A DNA stretch of 64,000 nucleotides from Myxococcota bacterium (lineage in GTDB: Bacteria > Myxococcota_A > UBA9160 > UBA4427), in the NCBI GenBank assembly GCA_965250285.1, contig OZ252299.1:5792001-5856000 (forward strand), written 5' to 3'. Positions 47,805-56,205 of the stretch are shown here, one piece after another; positions within the stretch are counted from its first letter, which is position 1; every line of letters begins with the position of its first letter. The translations under genes and the position numbers were made by a program. The notes beneath the pieces were generated by a model that was not told the DNA's origin, ran no database searches, and saw nothing but the letters and a program-made list of their open reading frames with translations.

Positions 47805-48710
47805 TCAGATGCGGCCATCGCCGCGCCGCAGGCCCCGCAGCCAGCGATCTGCCGTCGCGTCGGCCGTGGCCCCGGGCTTCGCTTCGAGCCGGCGCAGCTG
47901 GATGCGCCGCGTGACCTCGGGCCGCGGTCCGGCGGCGCCCGCGCCGCGCACCCACCACAGCTCGCTGGGGAGCCGCTCGGCTTCGGCCCCGTCGATGAAG
48001 GCGCGCACGGTCGCCGCGGTACCGGGCGCGCTCAGATCGCCCGCCGCGACCAGGATCTCGGGCCGGTCACATCCCGTGCGTTCGATGTCGACCGGGTTCA
48101 CGCCCGCTTTCTCGAGGCGGCTGCGCAGCGCCGACACTTCGGCCCCGCCGTCTCCGACGAATGCGATGCGCCGACCGTCGAGCGCGAGGCCGGTGCCGAG
48201 CACCCGGTCGAGCACTTTGATCCACGAGCTGAAGTGGGCGCTCGCGTGGACGTGATGCAGCGCGTGGTACTCGGGCATGCAGAAGGTCGAGTCGCGAAAC
48301 GCGTCGAGCTTCTCGTGGCCCCGGTGATTCACGTCGAGGCCGCGTTCGCGCAGGATCATGACGAAGACGATCACCTGGATCGCGAATGCGCCGACCACGA
48401 CGGTCGAGGGCACGATCGGCACGACCCAACAGACGGCGAGCAGCAACGCCGAGAACGCCGCCTGGGTGAGGAACTCGGGGATCACGTGGCGACGGATGTT
48501 GGCGCCGATGAGATCGTCGTGCACGCGGAGCTGTGAATCGAGGAACGCGTGGTGCGTCGCGTGCAGTGAGCCAGCCCAGTCGAGCGCGGCGATGCGAGAG
48601 CCGTGTGCCCGGTGCAGCGCCCAGTGCACGATGTCGAACGCGATGGTCGACGCGAGAAAGACCAGCGGGATCCCGATCCCGTGGACCACGATTTCGTAGG
48701 CGAGCTGCAC
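47805..48710 (-). CDS. Sterol desaturase/fatty-acid hydroxylase-like protein with degenerate C-terminal Rossmann-like region
   Basis: His boxes HWALH, HATHH, HALHH; TM segments; GTGLALDGRRIAFVG junction resembling bifunctional desaturase/SDR proteins. Confidence 0.65.
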   Translation of the reverse strand: MQLAYEIVVHGIGIPLVFLASTIAFDIVHWALHRAHGSRIAALDWAGSLHATHHAFLDSQLRVHDDLIGANIRRHVIPEFLTQAAFSALLLAVCWVVPIVPSTVVVGAFAIQVIVFVMILRERGLDVNHRGHEKLDAFRDSTFCMPEYHALHHVHASAHFSSWIKVLDRVLGTGLALDGRRIAFVGDGGAEVSALRSRLEKAGVNPVDIERTGCDRPEILVAAGDLSAPGTAATVRAFIDGAEAERLPSELWWVRGAGAAGPRPEVTRRIQLRRLEAKPGATADATADRWLRGLRRGDGRI

Positions 48711-48801
48711 GTGCGTGCCCCCGGCGCCGACGGGCGCCGTCCCCCGATTCCAGGGCAGGGGAGGCGTCTGGGGCGGGATCGCGGGCGCGCACGCTTCGGT
48801 G

Positions 48802-49043
48802 GGCCGCTCGGCGAAAAGCGATCTGGCCGCTGCTGCCGCGCTATCGGATGATGGTGGTGCCGTCGATCGGCACGACGAGGCCGCTCGGCGAGAAGCGATC
48901 TGGCCGCTGCTGCCGCGCTATCGGATGATGGTGGTGCCGTCGATCGGCACGACGAGGTCGCTCGGCGAAAAGCGATCTGGCCGCTGCTGCCGCGCTATCG
49001 GATGATGGTGGTGCCGTCGATCGGCACGATGAGGCCGCTCGGC
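48802..49043. repeat. 77-bp tandem repeat (3 copies + 11 bp) containing the peroxidase 3' end and stop
   Basis: Units start at 48802, 48879, 48956, 49033 (partial); a few single-base differences between copies. Confidence 0.93.
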
Positions 49044-50110
49044 ACCGTCTCGGGTCGCTGCGGCTCGCGGCTCTCGTCGCGCAGCCCGCCGTCGATGAAG
49101 GTCGTCACGAGGCGCACGTCATCGTCGTCGAAGGCGAGCCCCGTCTGGCCGAGCTCGTGTCGCACGGCGTCGCTCAGCTTCGCGACCGAGCCGTTGTGGA
49201 AGTAGGGCTCGGTGAAGCTCGCGTTGCGCAGCGTGGGGATCCGAAAGCGGCCGATGTCGTCGACGATGCCGGTGGCTTCGTAGCGGCCCTCGTCGACGAG
49301 CCCTTCGACGCCTGCGAGGCCGCGGTCTGCGAACCCTTCCCGCTCGAAGAGCGGCGGGGTGTGGCAGTCGTCGCAGCCGAACGCGGCGAACCGGAACATG
49401 CCTTCGACCATGTCATCGCTCATCGCATCGTCGTCGCCGCCGACATAGCCGTCGTAGAGCGAGCGGTTCGAGACGAAGGTGCGCTGAAACTCGGCGAGCG
49501 CCGTGACGACGTTCTCGAGGGTCGGCTCGGGGGCGTCGGGGAACGCGGCGGCGAAGAGCGCGACGTACGCGTCATTGGCCCGAAGCAGATCGACCACGAC
49601 CGATGGATCCTGCCCGAGCTCGTTCTCGGCGAGCAGCGGCTCGATCGCCTGCGCCTCAAGCGTGTCGGTGCGGCCATCCCAGAAGAGCGTCTCACGGAAG
49701 GCGAGGTTCCAGAGCCCCTGACTGTTGCGGCGCATGACGTGGGGGCCCGTGCGGCTCGGGCCGGCGATCAGACCGGCTCCGAGACCCACCGAACGCTCGA
49801 GCGCGTCGCTCATGCCCCAGAACTCGCTGTGGCAGGTGCCGCATGCGGTCTGGCCGTCCCCGCTCAAGATCGGGTCGTAGAAGAGCGCGAGGCCGAGATC
49901 GACGACCTCGGGTGAAGGCGGCGGGCCCGGCAGCTCGGGGAACGCCTGGGCGGGCCAGGGCAGCGCGGCGTCGGCCGCGGTCGCGTCGACGCCGGGCGCC
50001 TCGCCCGCGTCGGTGCAGCCACCGAGCAGGGCGAGCACCGCGATGCCCGCGGCGACCGATCGAACGTTGCCGCGGGCCCGGCGCAGGCTCTGCGCGGTCA
50101 GCTGCTGCAT
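48995..50110 (-). CDS. Diheme cytochrome c peroxidase/MauG-family lipoprotein
   Basis: LGLALFYDPILS, CGTCH, LFWDGR, CDDCH, FRIPTLRN, PYFHNG; LLGGC lipobox. Confidence 0.9.
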   Translation of the reverse strand: MQQLTAQSLRRARGNVRSVAAGIAVLALLGGCTDAGEAPGVDATAADAALPWPAQAFPELPGPPPSPEVVDLGLALFYDPILSGDGQTACGTCHSEFWGMSDALERSVGLGAGLIAGPSRTGPHVMRRNSQGLWNLAFRETLFWDGRTDTLEAQAIEPLLAENELGQDPSVVVDLLRANDAYVALFAAAFPDAPEPTLENVVTALAEFQRTFVSNRSLYDGYVGGDDDAMSDDMVEGMFRFAAFGCDDCHTPPLFEREGFADRGLAGVEGLVDEGRYEATGIVDDIGRFRIPTLRNASFTEPYFHNGSVAKLSDAVRHELGQTGLAFDDDDVRLVTTFIDGGLRDESREPQRPETVPSGLIVPIDGTTIIR

Positions 50111-51300
50111 CCCGGAAGGCTCATCTCTTCGATCCACGCATCGATCAGGGCCGTCCCGGCCGGATGCGGCACCGTGCGGCCGACCTCGGGCATGCTGCCG
50201 GGGCCGGTGATCGAGACGCGGCAGGCGAGGAACGAGTTCTCGGGCTCGCCGGGCACGATGTTGTAGAGCTGCGTGCACTCGGTGCCGTTGCCGCCCGAGG
50301 TGAAGACCTTGCACACGCCCCAGTTGAAGGGGTTCGTCGTGAGCGGCTCGGTGCTGCCCCAATCGAGGAAGAGCTGCTTGAACGCGGTCTCGCCCTCGGG
50401 CGAGTGGCAGTGCGCGCAGTTCGAGTCGAGGTAGGCGCGCGCCTTGTCGGTGTCCGAGATCGAGATGTCGGTCGACTCGGGGTCGGGGAAGGTGAGGCGC
50501 GCGGGCTCGGCGTCGGGCGCTTCGTCGAAGAGCCCGAGCGAATGCAGATAGTCGATTTGATTGACGGGGCCCGAGCCGTAGTCATTGTCGCGGTTCAGCA
50601 TCGGCGTCTTGGGGCCGATCGGCCGGGTCTCGGGCGTCGTGCCGTGGCACTCGCGGCAGAGTCCGTTGGCCGGGATGCCGTAGGTCGGGATCTCGATCGT
50701 GTCGCCGGCCGCGTCGACGTAGCTGACCGCGACGGTGGCGCCGCCGGTCACGCGACGCGCCTCGGTCTGGGCCTCGTTCCACTGATAGACGATGGGTCGC
50801 CAGCCGGTATCGCCCTCGTTCACGAGCAGGCGCGTCTCGATCAGCTGCTCGCCGAGCGACGGATCTCGCTCGTCGACGGGGTAGGCGAAGGTCTTGATGA
50901 GGATGCTGCCCTCGGGCAGACCCCAGACCGCGTTCTCGTCGTAGGCGTCGGGCGCGCCCGGCCGCAGGTCGATCTGCTCGCCCGGCGGCACGTAGAGGAA
51001 GCGCTTCTTATCGGTGAAGTCGGTGAAGAGCGGCGCCGTGACGGCGTAGGGGATTACGTCGTCCTTCGGCGCCTGTGCGCAGGCGTCGGCGAACAGGTTC
51101 CAGCCGTCGAGGGTGTCGGGCGTGCCGCTGCTCGGCGGGCTGGCGGCGCTTGCCGCGACCGCGCCGTCCGCACCGCGGCAGCCGGCGTCTTCGGTGGCAT
51201 CGCCGGCCCCCTCGCCTTCGCCCTCGGTGCAGCCGAGTGCGAAGGCGAACAGCACGGCGAGCGCCAGGCTGAGCATCTGCAACTTCTTCATCGAACCCAT
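50098..51300 (-). CDS. SO2930/HNE_0200-family diheme c-type cytochrome lipoprotein
   Basis: PLFTDFTDKKRF, GSILIKTF, IETRLLV, YQWN, CRECH, ARAYLDSNCAHCH, MPEVGR..H; FALGC lipobox. Confidence 0.88.
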   Translation of the reverse strand: MGSMKKLQMLSLALAVLFAFALGCTEGEGEGAGDATEDAGCRGADGAVAASAASPPSSGTPDTLDGWNLFADACAQAPKDDVIPYAVTAPLFTDFTDKKRFLYVPPGEQIDLRPGAPDAYDENAVWGLPEGSILIKTFAYPVDERDPSLGEQLIETRLLVNEGDTGWRPIVYQWNEAQTEARRVTGGATVAVSYVDAAGDTIEIPTYGIPANGLCRECHGTTPETRPIGPKTPMLNRDNDYGSGPVNQIDYLHSLGLFDEAPDAEPARLTFPDPESTDISISDTDKARAYLDSNCAHCHSPEGETAFKQLFLDWGSTEPLTTNPFNWGVCKVFTSGGNGTECTQLYNIVPGEPENSFLACRVSITGPGSMPEVGRTVPHPAGTALIDAWIEEMSLPGCSS

Positions 51301-51406
51301 CTCCGAGCGCACTCGTCTCTCTCTTGCTCTTGCTCTCGCTCTTGCTCTTGCGTGCCTGCGTCGTCTGCCGTGTTTGCTGCCGATCGACGCGCTGGTCGTC
51401 GCGAGG

Positions 51407-52888
51407 CTACGGGAACTCGACCGGCACCACCGGGCGCATGTCGCAGAAGTAGTCGTTGACGTCGTGCTTGTCTTCCGTGTCCGGACCATCGCCGTCGTTC
51501 AGGATCGTCACGTCGGCCGGGTCGAAGTCGCTTCCGAAGCAGATGTTCGGGTCGTCGACCGCCGGGATCGGCTGCGTGCTGGGGACGAACAGGGGCGGGG
51601 CGCCGATGCCGATGATGTGCTCGGTGTCGACGCCGTTCGAGATCAGGCCGTCCCAGACGATGGGCGCCACCGGCGCGGTCAGGAAGAGGGCCAGGGCGCC
51701 CTGCGGATCCAAGCCGTTGTCGACGTAGGTGTTGCCCGTCTGGTTGATCCAGCTCGGGAAGGGGTCGTACTGGTCGGGGTAGAGCCACGGCGCCGATTCG
51801 CCGCCCAGCGCGTCGAGGATCGCGTTGCTGACGATCAGCAGGCCCGTCGAGTCGTTGCCCTCGACGACGTTGTCGCGGAACTCGATGTCGGTGCCGGCGA
51901 AGCTCATCATGCCGGTGCCAGGGGGGATGTTCGCCACCGTCGTACCGGGGCGGGCGAAGTTGGTCGTGTTGTTCTCGACGACGACGTTGTCGCGGATCAC
52001 GACGTACTCGTTCTCGAGGCGCTGCAGCCCGGGCTCCTGCAGGGCGAGGATCCCGCCCGTATTGTCGTGCACGTCGTTGCCGTACACGTCGACGCTGAAC
52101 GAGTTCTCGACCTCGAGACCGGCGACGTTGCCGTGCACCTCGTTGAAGCGGACGATGCCGTACTCGACCTGACCGATGTAGAGGCCGGCATCCGACGCGT
52201 CGCTCACCTCACAGAACTCGACGATGACGTACTGGCTCTTGGTCGGGTAGACCGAGTAGGCGCCGTTCGCCGGGTTCTCCGGCGTCGTCCAGTAGACGTG
52301 CAGCTTGCGGAACACGTTCGGGTTCTCGGGGTCGTTGTCGGCCTTGACCTCGATGCCGTTCGCATTCGTGTCCTTGATCGCGAGGTTCTCGATCCAGAAG
52401 CCGGGCGTCGTGACGTCGAAGCCGCGATCGTCCGACTGCTCGGCGTAGTCGAGCAGGACGTCGTCGGGCGTGGCGCCGATGCCCTTGACGGTCAGGTTCG
52501 CGGCGGCCGAGACGAAGACCGTGCCGTTCGCGTTGCCCGCGGCGTCACCCATCTTGTACGTGCCCGGTGCGAGACAGATCACGTCCCACGAGTCGGCGTC
52601 CTCGACGGCTTCGTTCAGCATCTGGGCATCGCCGTTCGGGTCGCTGCCGGCTTCGAGCGTGATCGTGCAGTCGTCGTCGGTCGTCGGCGGCGGGTTGTCG
52701 ACGTCGTACATCCCGGCGGCGGCTTCGGCGAGCGCGGCCTGGCGAAGCTCGAGTTGCGTCGGCTCCGACAGGATCTGCGTGATCTGATCGGCCTCTTCGT
52801 CGGTGCAGCCGACGCTGATCGCGACGACGAACGCGGCGGCCACCAGCAGCAGGCGCCTCGAGAGGGCTCGAATGGGTTGACCGAACAT
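51407..52888 (-). CDS. Parallel beta-helix domain lipoprotein (TIGR03805-like)
   Basis: NGAYSVYP, ASDAGLYIGQ, NVAGLEVENS, NTGGIL, NNTTNFARPG..V..IPPGTG; SVGC lipobox. Confidence 0.88.
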   Translation of the reverse strand: MFGQPIRALSRRLLLVAAAFVVAISVGCTDEEADQITQILSEPTQLELRQAALAEAAAGMYDVDNPPPTTDDDCTITLEAGSDPNGDAQMLNEAVEDADSWDVICLAPGTYKMGDAAGNANGTVFVSAAANLTVKGIGATPDDVLLDYAEQSDDRGFDVTTPGFWIENLAIKDTNANGIEVKADNDPENPNVFRKLHVYWTTPENPANGAYSVYPTKSQYVIVEFCEVSDASDAGLYIGQVEYGIVRFNEVHGNVAGLEVENSFSVDVYGNDVHDNTGGILALQEPGLQRLENEYVVIRDNVVVENNTTNFARPGTTVANIPPGTGMMSFAGTDIEFRDNVVEGNDSTGLLIVSNAILDALGGESAPWLYPDQYDPFPSWINQTGNTYVDNGLDPQGALALFLTAPVAPIVWDGLISNGVDTEHIIGIGAPPLFVPSTQPIPAVDDPNICFGSDFDPADVTILNDGDGPDTEDKHDVNDYFCDMRPVVPVEFP

Positions 52889-53284
52889 GGGCAGTGGGTC
52901 CTCGGGTCTGGCTCGCGGGTCGAGGGGGCCACACCGCATGCATCGTCTAGACGCCGGGTGCGCTCGACCGGCAAGACCGGTTCTGGGTGCGATTGGCACA
53001 TCGCCGGGCTCGGCCGCGGGGCCGTGTCGACTGATTGCCTAATCGAAGTAGGGGAGCAGCCTACTCCAACCCAGGGGATCTGGACAACGCGAGACGACCG
53101 GAACGTTGTAAGAACCTGAAATGATTTGGCTTTGGAGACGAGCGAGACGGATCGCAGCGGCGGTTTCCCACAGGGGAGGCGTCGGGCGGAGGCAGGCGTC
53201 CATCGCATTCGAGATGGGCGACCGGGGCCTCACCCCCGCGCGATGCGTTGAACGCACCTCACATGTCCGCCGCGAGGAGGGTGC

Positions 53285-54940
53285 TCAGGGGAACGAGATG
53301 CTCGGCAGCTCGGCCAGATCGCAGTCGAATTCGGCCTGTCGCCCCGGATCGGTATCGCTGATCGGGTAGCCGCGGCGCGGCGAGTCGAGGCCGATCCACG
53401 TCGTCGGCGGCGTCGAGGCAGTGCCGAAGCAGAGCGCCGGCGCGGTGTTCTCGATGTCGTCGAAATCGAGCAGCGTGCCGTCCATCAGCACCGGGCGATC
53501 GAGCGTCTCGATGATGCCGGGGTTGACGTTGGTGGCGGGATCGTTGGCCTGGTTGGACGGGCAGTCGGGGTAGGGCGGCTGGAAGGCCGTATCGACCTCG
53601 AGGTCGTTGGCCATGCAGGGCGGTACGGGATTGAACGGCTTCGGCGTGCCGGCCGTGGGCCAGTCCGGTACCAGGTTCAGGAGGTTCCACACGAAACGGA
53701 ACCCAGGATCGACCGGCAGCCCGTTGTACGCCGGCTCCTGAAAGAAGTCGTTGTCTTCATCGAACTCGAAGATGTTGTCGTTGATGAAGTTGTTCGTCGG
53801 GTACGGGTCGTAGTCGGCGGGCAGGTCGGCCTCGAGCGGCCAGACGCCCGTGGACAGCGCGGACGCCGTGAAGTACGTCAGATAGAGCACGCCGGTCGTC
53901 ACGTTGCCCGTGATCCAGTTCTCGCGCAGCTCGTTGTTCGTGCTGGCGATCACCACGGTCCCCGAGCCGACCGGAACCATGCTGGGCAGCCCCACGGACG
54001 GATCGGTGAAGCTCGCGCGATTGTTGTCACGGATCTCGTTCTTGAAGACGAGCACCCCTTCGGTCGCGAGCACGGGGTCGGTCGGGCTCGCGGGGGGCTC
54101 GTTCGACACGAAGAGGCCCCCCGTGTTGTCCGACAGATCGTTGCTCACCAGCTCGATGTCGACCGAGTTGGTGAGGGCGATGCCCAGGTGGTTCGCGTGC
54201 GAGAAGTTGTTGCGCAGGATCACGTCCGACGAGCCCGCGGTGACCTGGATGCCAGCGAGGATGGCGCCGATGAACTCGCTGAACTCGACGATCACGTACG
54301 AGCCTGCGCGAATGGCGACACCGGCGGGCCCGTTCGTGTCGACCGAGGCGTCTGCGCCCCACGAGACCTTGATCTTGCGCATCACGCTCGGGTTGTCGGA
54401 GGCATTCGAGCTGGTGACGACCACGCCCGTCACCAGCGGATCGTGGACCCAGACGTTCTCGAGCCAGAAGCCCGGCGCTGAGACGGCGACGCCGGTGTCG
54501 ACCGAGAGCGACCAGTCGAGCTCGACGTCGCTCGGCGCGTCGCCGAGGCCGCGCAGCGTGATCGAATCGACCGAGTCGACCGTGAGGGTCGCCGTCAGCG
54601 CGTAGGTGCCGGGGGTGAGGCAGATGATGTCGAAGGGCGACGCTGCGTCGATCGCATCCTGGATCATCGCGGCGTCGCCGGCCAACCCGCCGCCGGCCGA
54701 GAGCGTGACCGTGCATGCGTCGGTGGGGGTCTCGGGCGGGCGCAAGAACTGCGAGAAGGCCGATGCGGCGAGCTGATCCTGTCGGGCTTCGAGCTCCGGA
54801 TCGGGGGCCGCGCTGTCTTCGCAGCCCGTGAGCGGCAGGATGAACGCGAGCGCAATCACCGGCGCGAGCGCGCGCAGGCGGGCAGCGCCCGGTCGGGCGG
54901 TGCGCGAGACCCGGCGGGTTCGCGTCTTCGGACCACTCAT
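53285..54940 (-). CDS. Second, diverged parallel beta-helix lipoprotein
   Basis: N-terminus paralogous to 51407-52888 (ELEARQ..CTVTL..DIICL.PGTY, PGFWLEN, MRKIKVSW, NTGGL, DYDPYP); LTGC lipobox; AAGGA RBS. Confidence 0.8.
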   Translation of the reverse strand: MSGPKTRTRRVSRTARPGAARLRALAPVIALAFILPLTGCEDSAAPDPELEARQDQLAASAFSQFLRPPETPTDACTVTLSAGGGLAGDAAMIQDAIDAASPFDIICLTPGTYALTATLTVDSVDSITLRGLGDAPSDVELDWSLSVDTGVAVSAPGFWLENVWVHDPLVTGVVVTSSNASDNPSVMRKIKVSWGADASVDTNGPAGVAIRAGSYVIVEFSEFIGAILAGIQVTAGSSDVILRNNFSHANHLGIALTNSVDIELVSNDLSDNTGGLFVSNEPPASPTDPVLATEGVLVFKNEIRDNNRASFTDPSVGLPSMVPVGSGTVVIASTNNELRENWITGNVTTGVLYLTYFTASALSTGVWPLEADLPADYDPYPTNNFINDNIFEFDEDNDFFQEPAYNGLPVDPGFRFVWNLLNLVPDWPTAGTPKPFNPVPPCMANDLEVDTAFQPPYPDCPSNQANDPATNVNPGIIETLDRPVLMDGTLLDFDDIENTAPALCFGTASTPPTTWIGLDSPRRGYPISDTDPGRQAEFDCDLAELPSISFP

Positions 54941-54955
54941 GTCGATCTCATCCTT

Positions 54956-54968
54956 ACTGACAGTCAGT
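54956..54968. promoter_or_regulatory. Candidate TetR operator upstream of the beta-helix cluster
   Basis: Perfect palindrome ACTGAC-A-GTCAGT next to the RBS of the 54940 gene. Confidence 0.5.
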
Positions 54969-55298
54969 CTGAACCTGCGCGTCCCGGCCCGTCTCGACCG
55001 ACGCGATGCCGACCCGATCGAACGACGGCGCGATGCGGAGCACGTGCTCGGCCTGCAGGACCGGCGCGAGGTCCATTGTTCAGGCGAGGTCGAACGCGTG
55101 CCGTGCGTCGCTTGCGTCCCGAGCGGCAAAGGAGACGTTGACGAGCCCGGCCCGCCTTCGCAACGCGAGTTGGCCGAGCTCGGCGCGGCCTGTCGGGGGC
55201 GCGCCACGCGACCATCCGGCGAACGAGGGCGGGCCCGTCATTCAACGTGACCAGGCCGAAAAACGCAAGAAAATCAGGGGCGATTGTCGACGAATTGC

Positions 55299-55988
55299 TC
55301 AGGCGCGAGGCAGCTCGGGGGCCCGCACGTAGGCGACCACGAGATCCTCGGCCTCAGCCTGGATCTGCTCGAGGCGCTCGGCCAGGCGCGGGCGGCCGGT
55401 CGCGTCGAAGCCCGAGAAGGCGATCCGGGTGAGGATCGCCCCCTGAATGAGCGGCAGCAGGGGGCGCACCGCGACGTCGCGAAACTGGCCCTCGGCCCGG
55501 CCGCGATCGAGCACTGGCTGGAGCACGGCATCGATGCGGTCGATGAACTCGCCGACCCCGTGAAAGCCCTCGCCGGCGCCTGCCTGGGCGAGATCGCGCA
55601 GCAGCAGCCGAACGTGGGCGGGATTCGCCCAGAGGTGGGCCACCAACGCGCGCACACCCGCTCGAACGGCCGCCATCGGGTCGGGGGCCGCGGTGAGCAC
55701 GGGACCGAGCAGCTCGCCGATCTGCACGACGATGCGCACCGCGACCTCGTCCGCGATCGCCTCCCGCCCCTTGAAGTGGGCGAAGACCGACGGCGGTCGA
55801 ATCCCGACCGCGGCGGCGACGTCCTTCACCTGGAAGCCCTCGACGCCATGCGTCGCGATCAGCTCTTCGGCCGCGAGCAGAATGCGCTCGCGGGTCTCGG
55901 TCGTGCGGCGATCGATGCGAACCGTTTCGGACACCCGGGGCCTCGGCTCGGAGGTTCGCGCCCGTTCTACCACGGCGTCGCCGCGCAC
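55299..55988 (-). CDS. TetR/AcrR family transcriptional regulator (alternative GTG start at 55934)
   Basis: TRERILLAAEELIA..VAAAVGIRPPSVFAHFKG HTH. Confidence 0.9.
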   Translation of the reverse strand: MRGDAVVERARTSEPRPRVSETVRIDRRTTETRERILLAAEELIATHGVEGFQVKDVAAAVGIRPPSVFAHFKGREAIADEVAVRIVVQIGELLGPVLTAAPDPMAAVRAGVRALVAHLWANPAHVRLLLRDLAQAGAGEGFHGVGEFIDRIDAVLQPVLDRGRAEGQFRDVAVRPLLPLIQGAILTRIAFSGFDATGRPRLAERLEQIQAEAEDLVVAYVRAPELPRA

Positions 55989-56205
55989 GCCCCCCGGCGG
56001 AACGCGCGAGCCCTGAGGCGCCCCTGACCGCTTCGAGGCGGATCGATGAGCGCCGTTCGCCCCGGGGCGGTCGACAGGCCGCCGAAGCGACTATCCTTCG
56101 GGGGCCTCCTCGCTGCGCCCCCAGGTCGAGGGTGGAGCCCGGGCCGAAGCGCCGACCGCGAGTGATCTCGCGGCGCGCGGCGGCGAACCCGGGTCGGAGG
56201 ACACC

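Noticed and set aside
48848..49005. Plus-strand 26-aa ORFs chained by ATGA in the 77-bp array (MIRU-like)
   Set aside because: Antisense to both flanking genes; arises automatically from an ATGA inside a 77-bp unit
51316..51351. (GCTCTT)n microsatellite; also (GCCCAC)n near 25123 and (CAGGACAG)n near 30581
   Set aside because: Short intergenic simple repeats with no evidence of function
52890..53284. Riboswitch or sRNA in the gap between the beta-helix genes
   Set aside because: Only short hairpins (GTAGG..CCTAC, ACAACG..CGTTGT); no recognisable RNA family; would need an Rfam/Infernal scan
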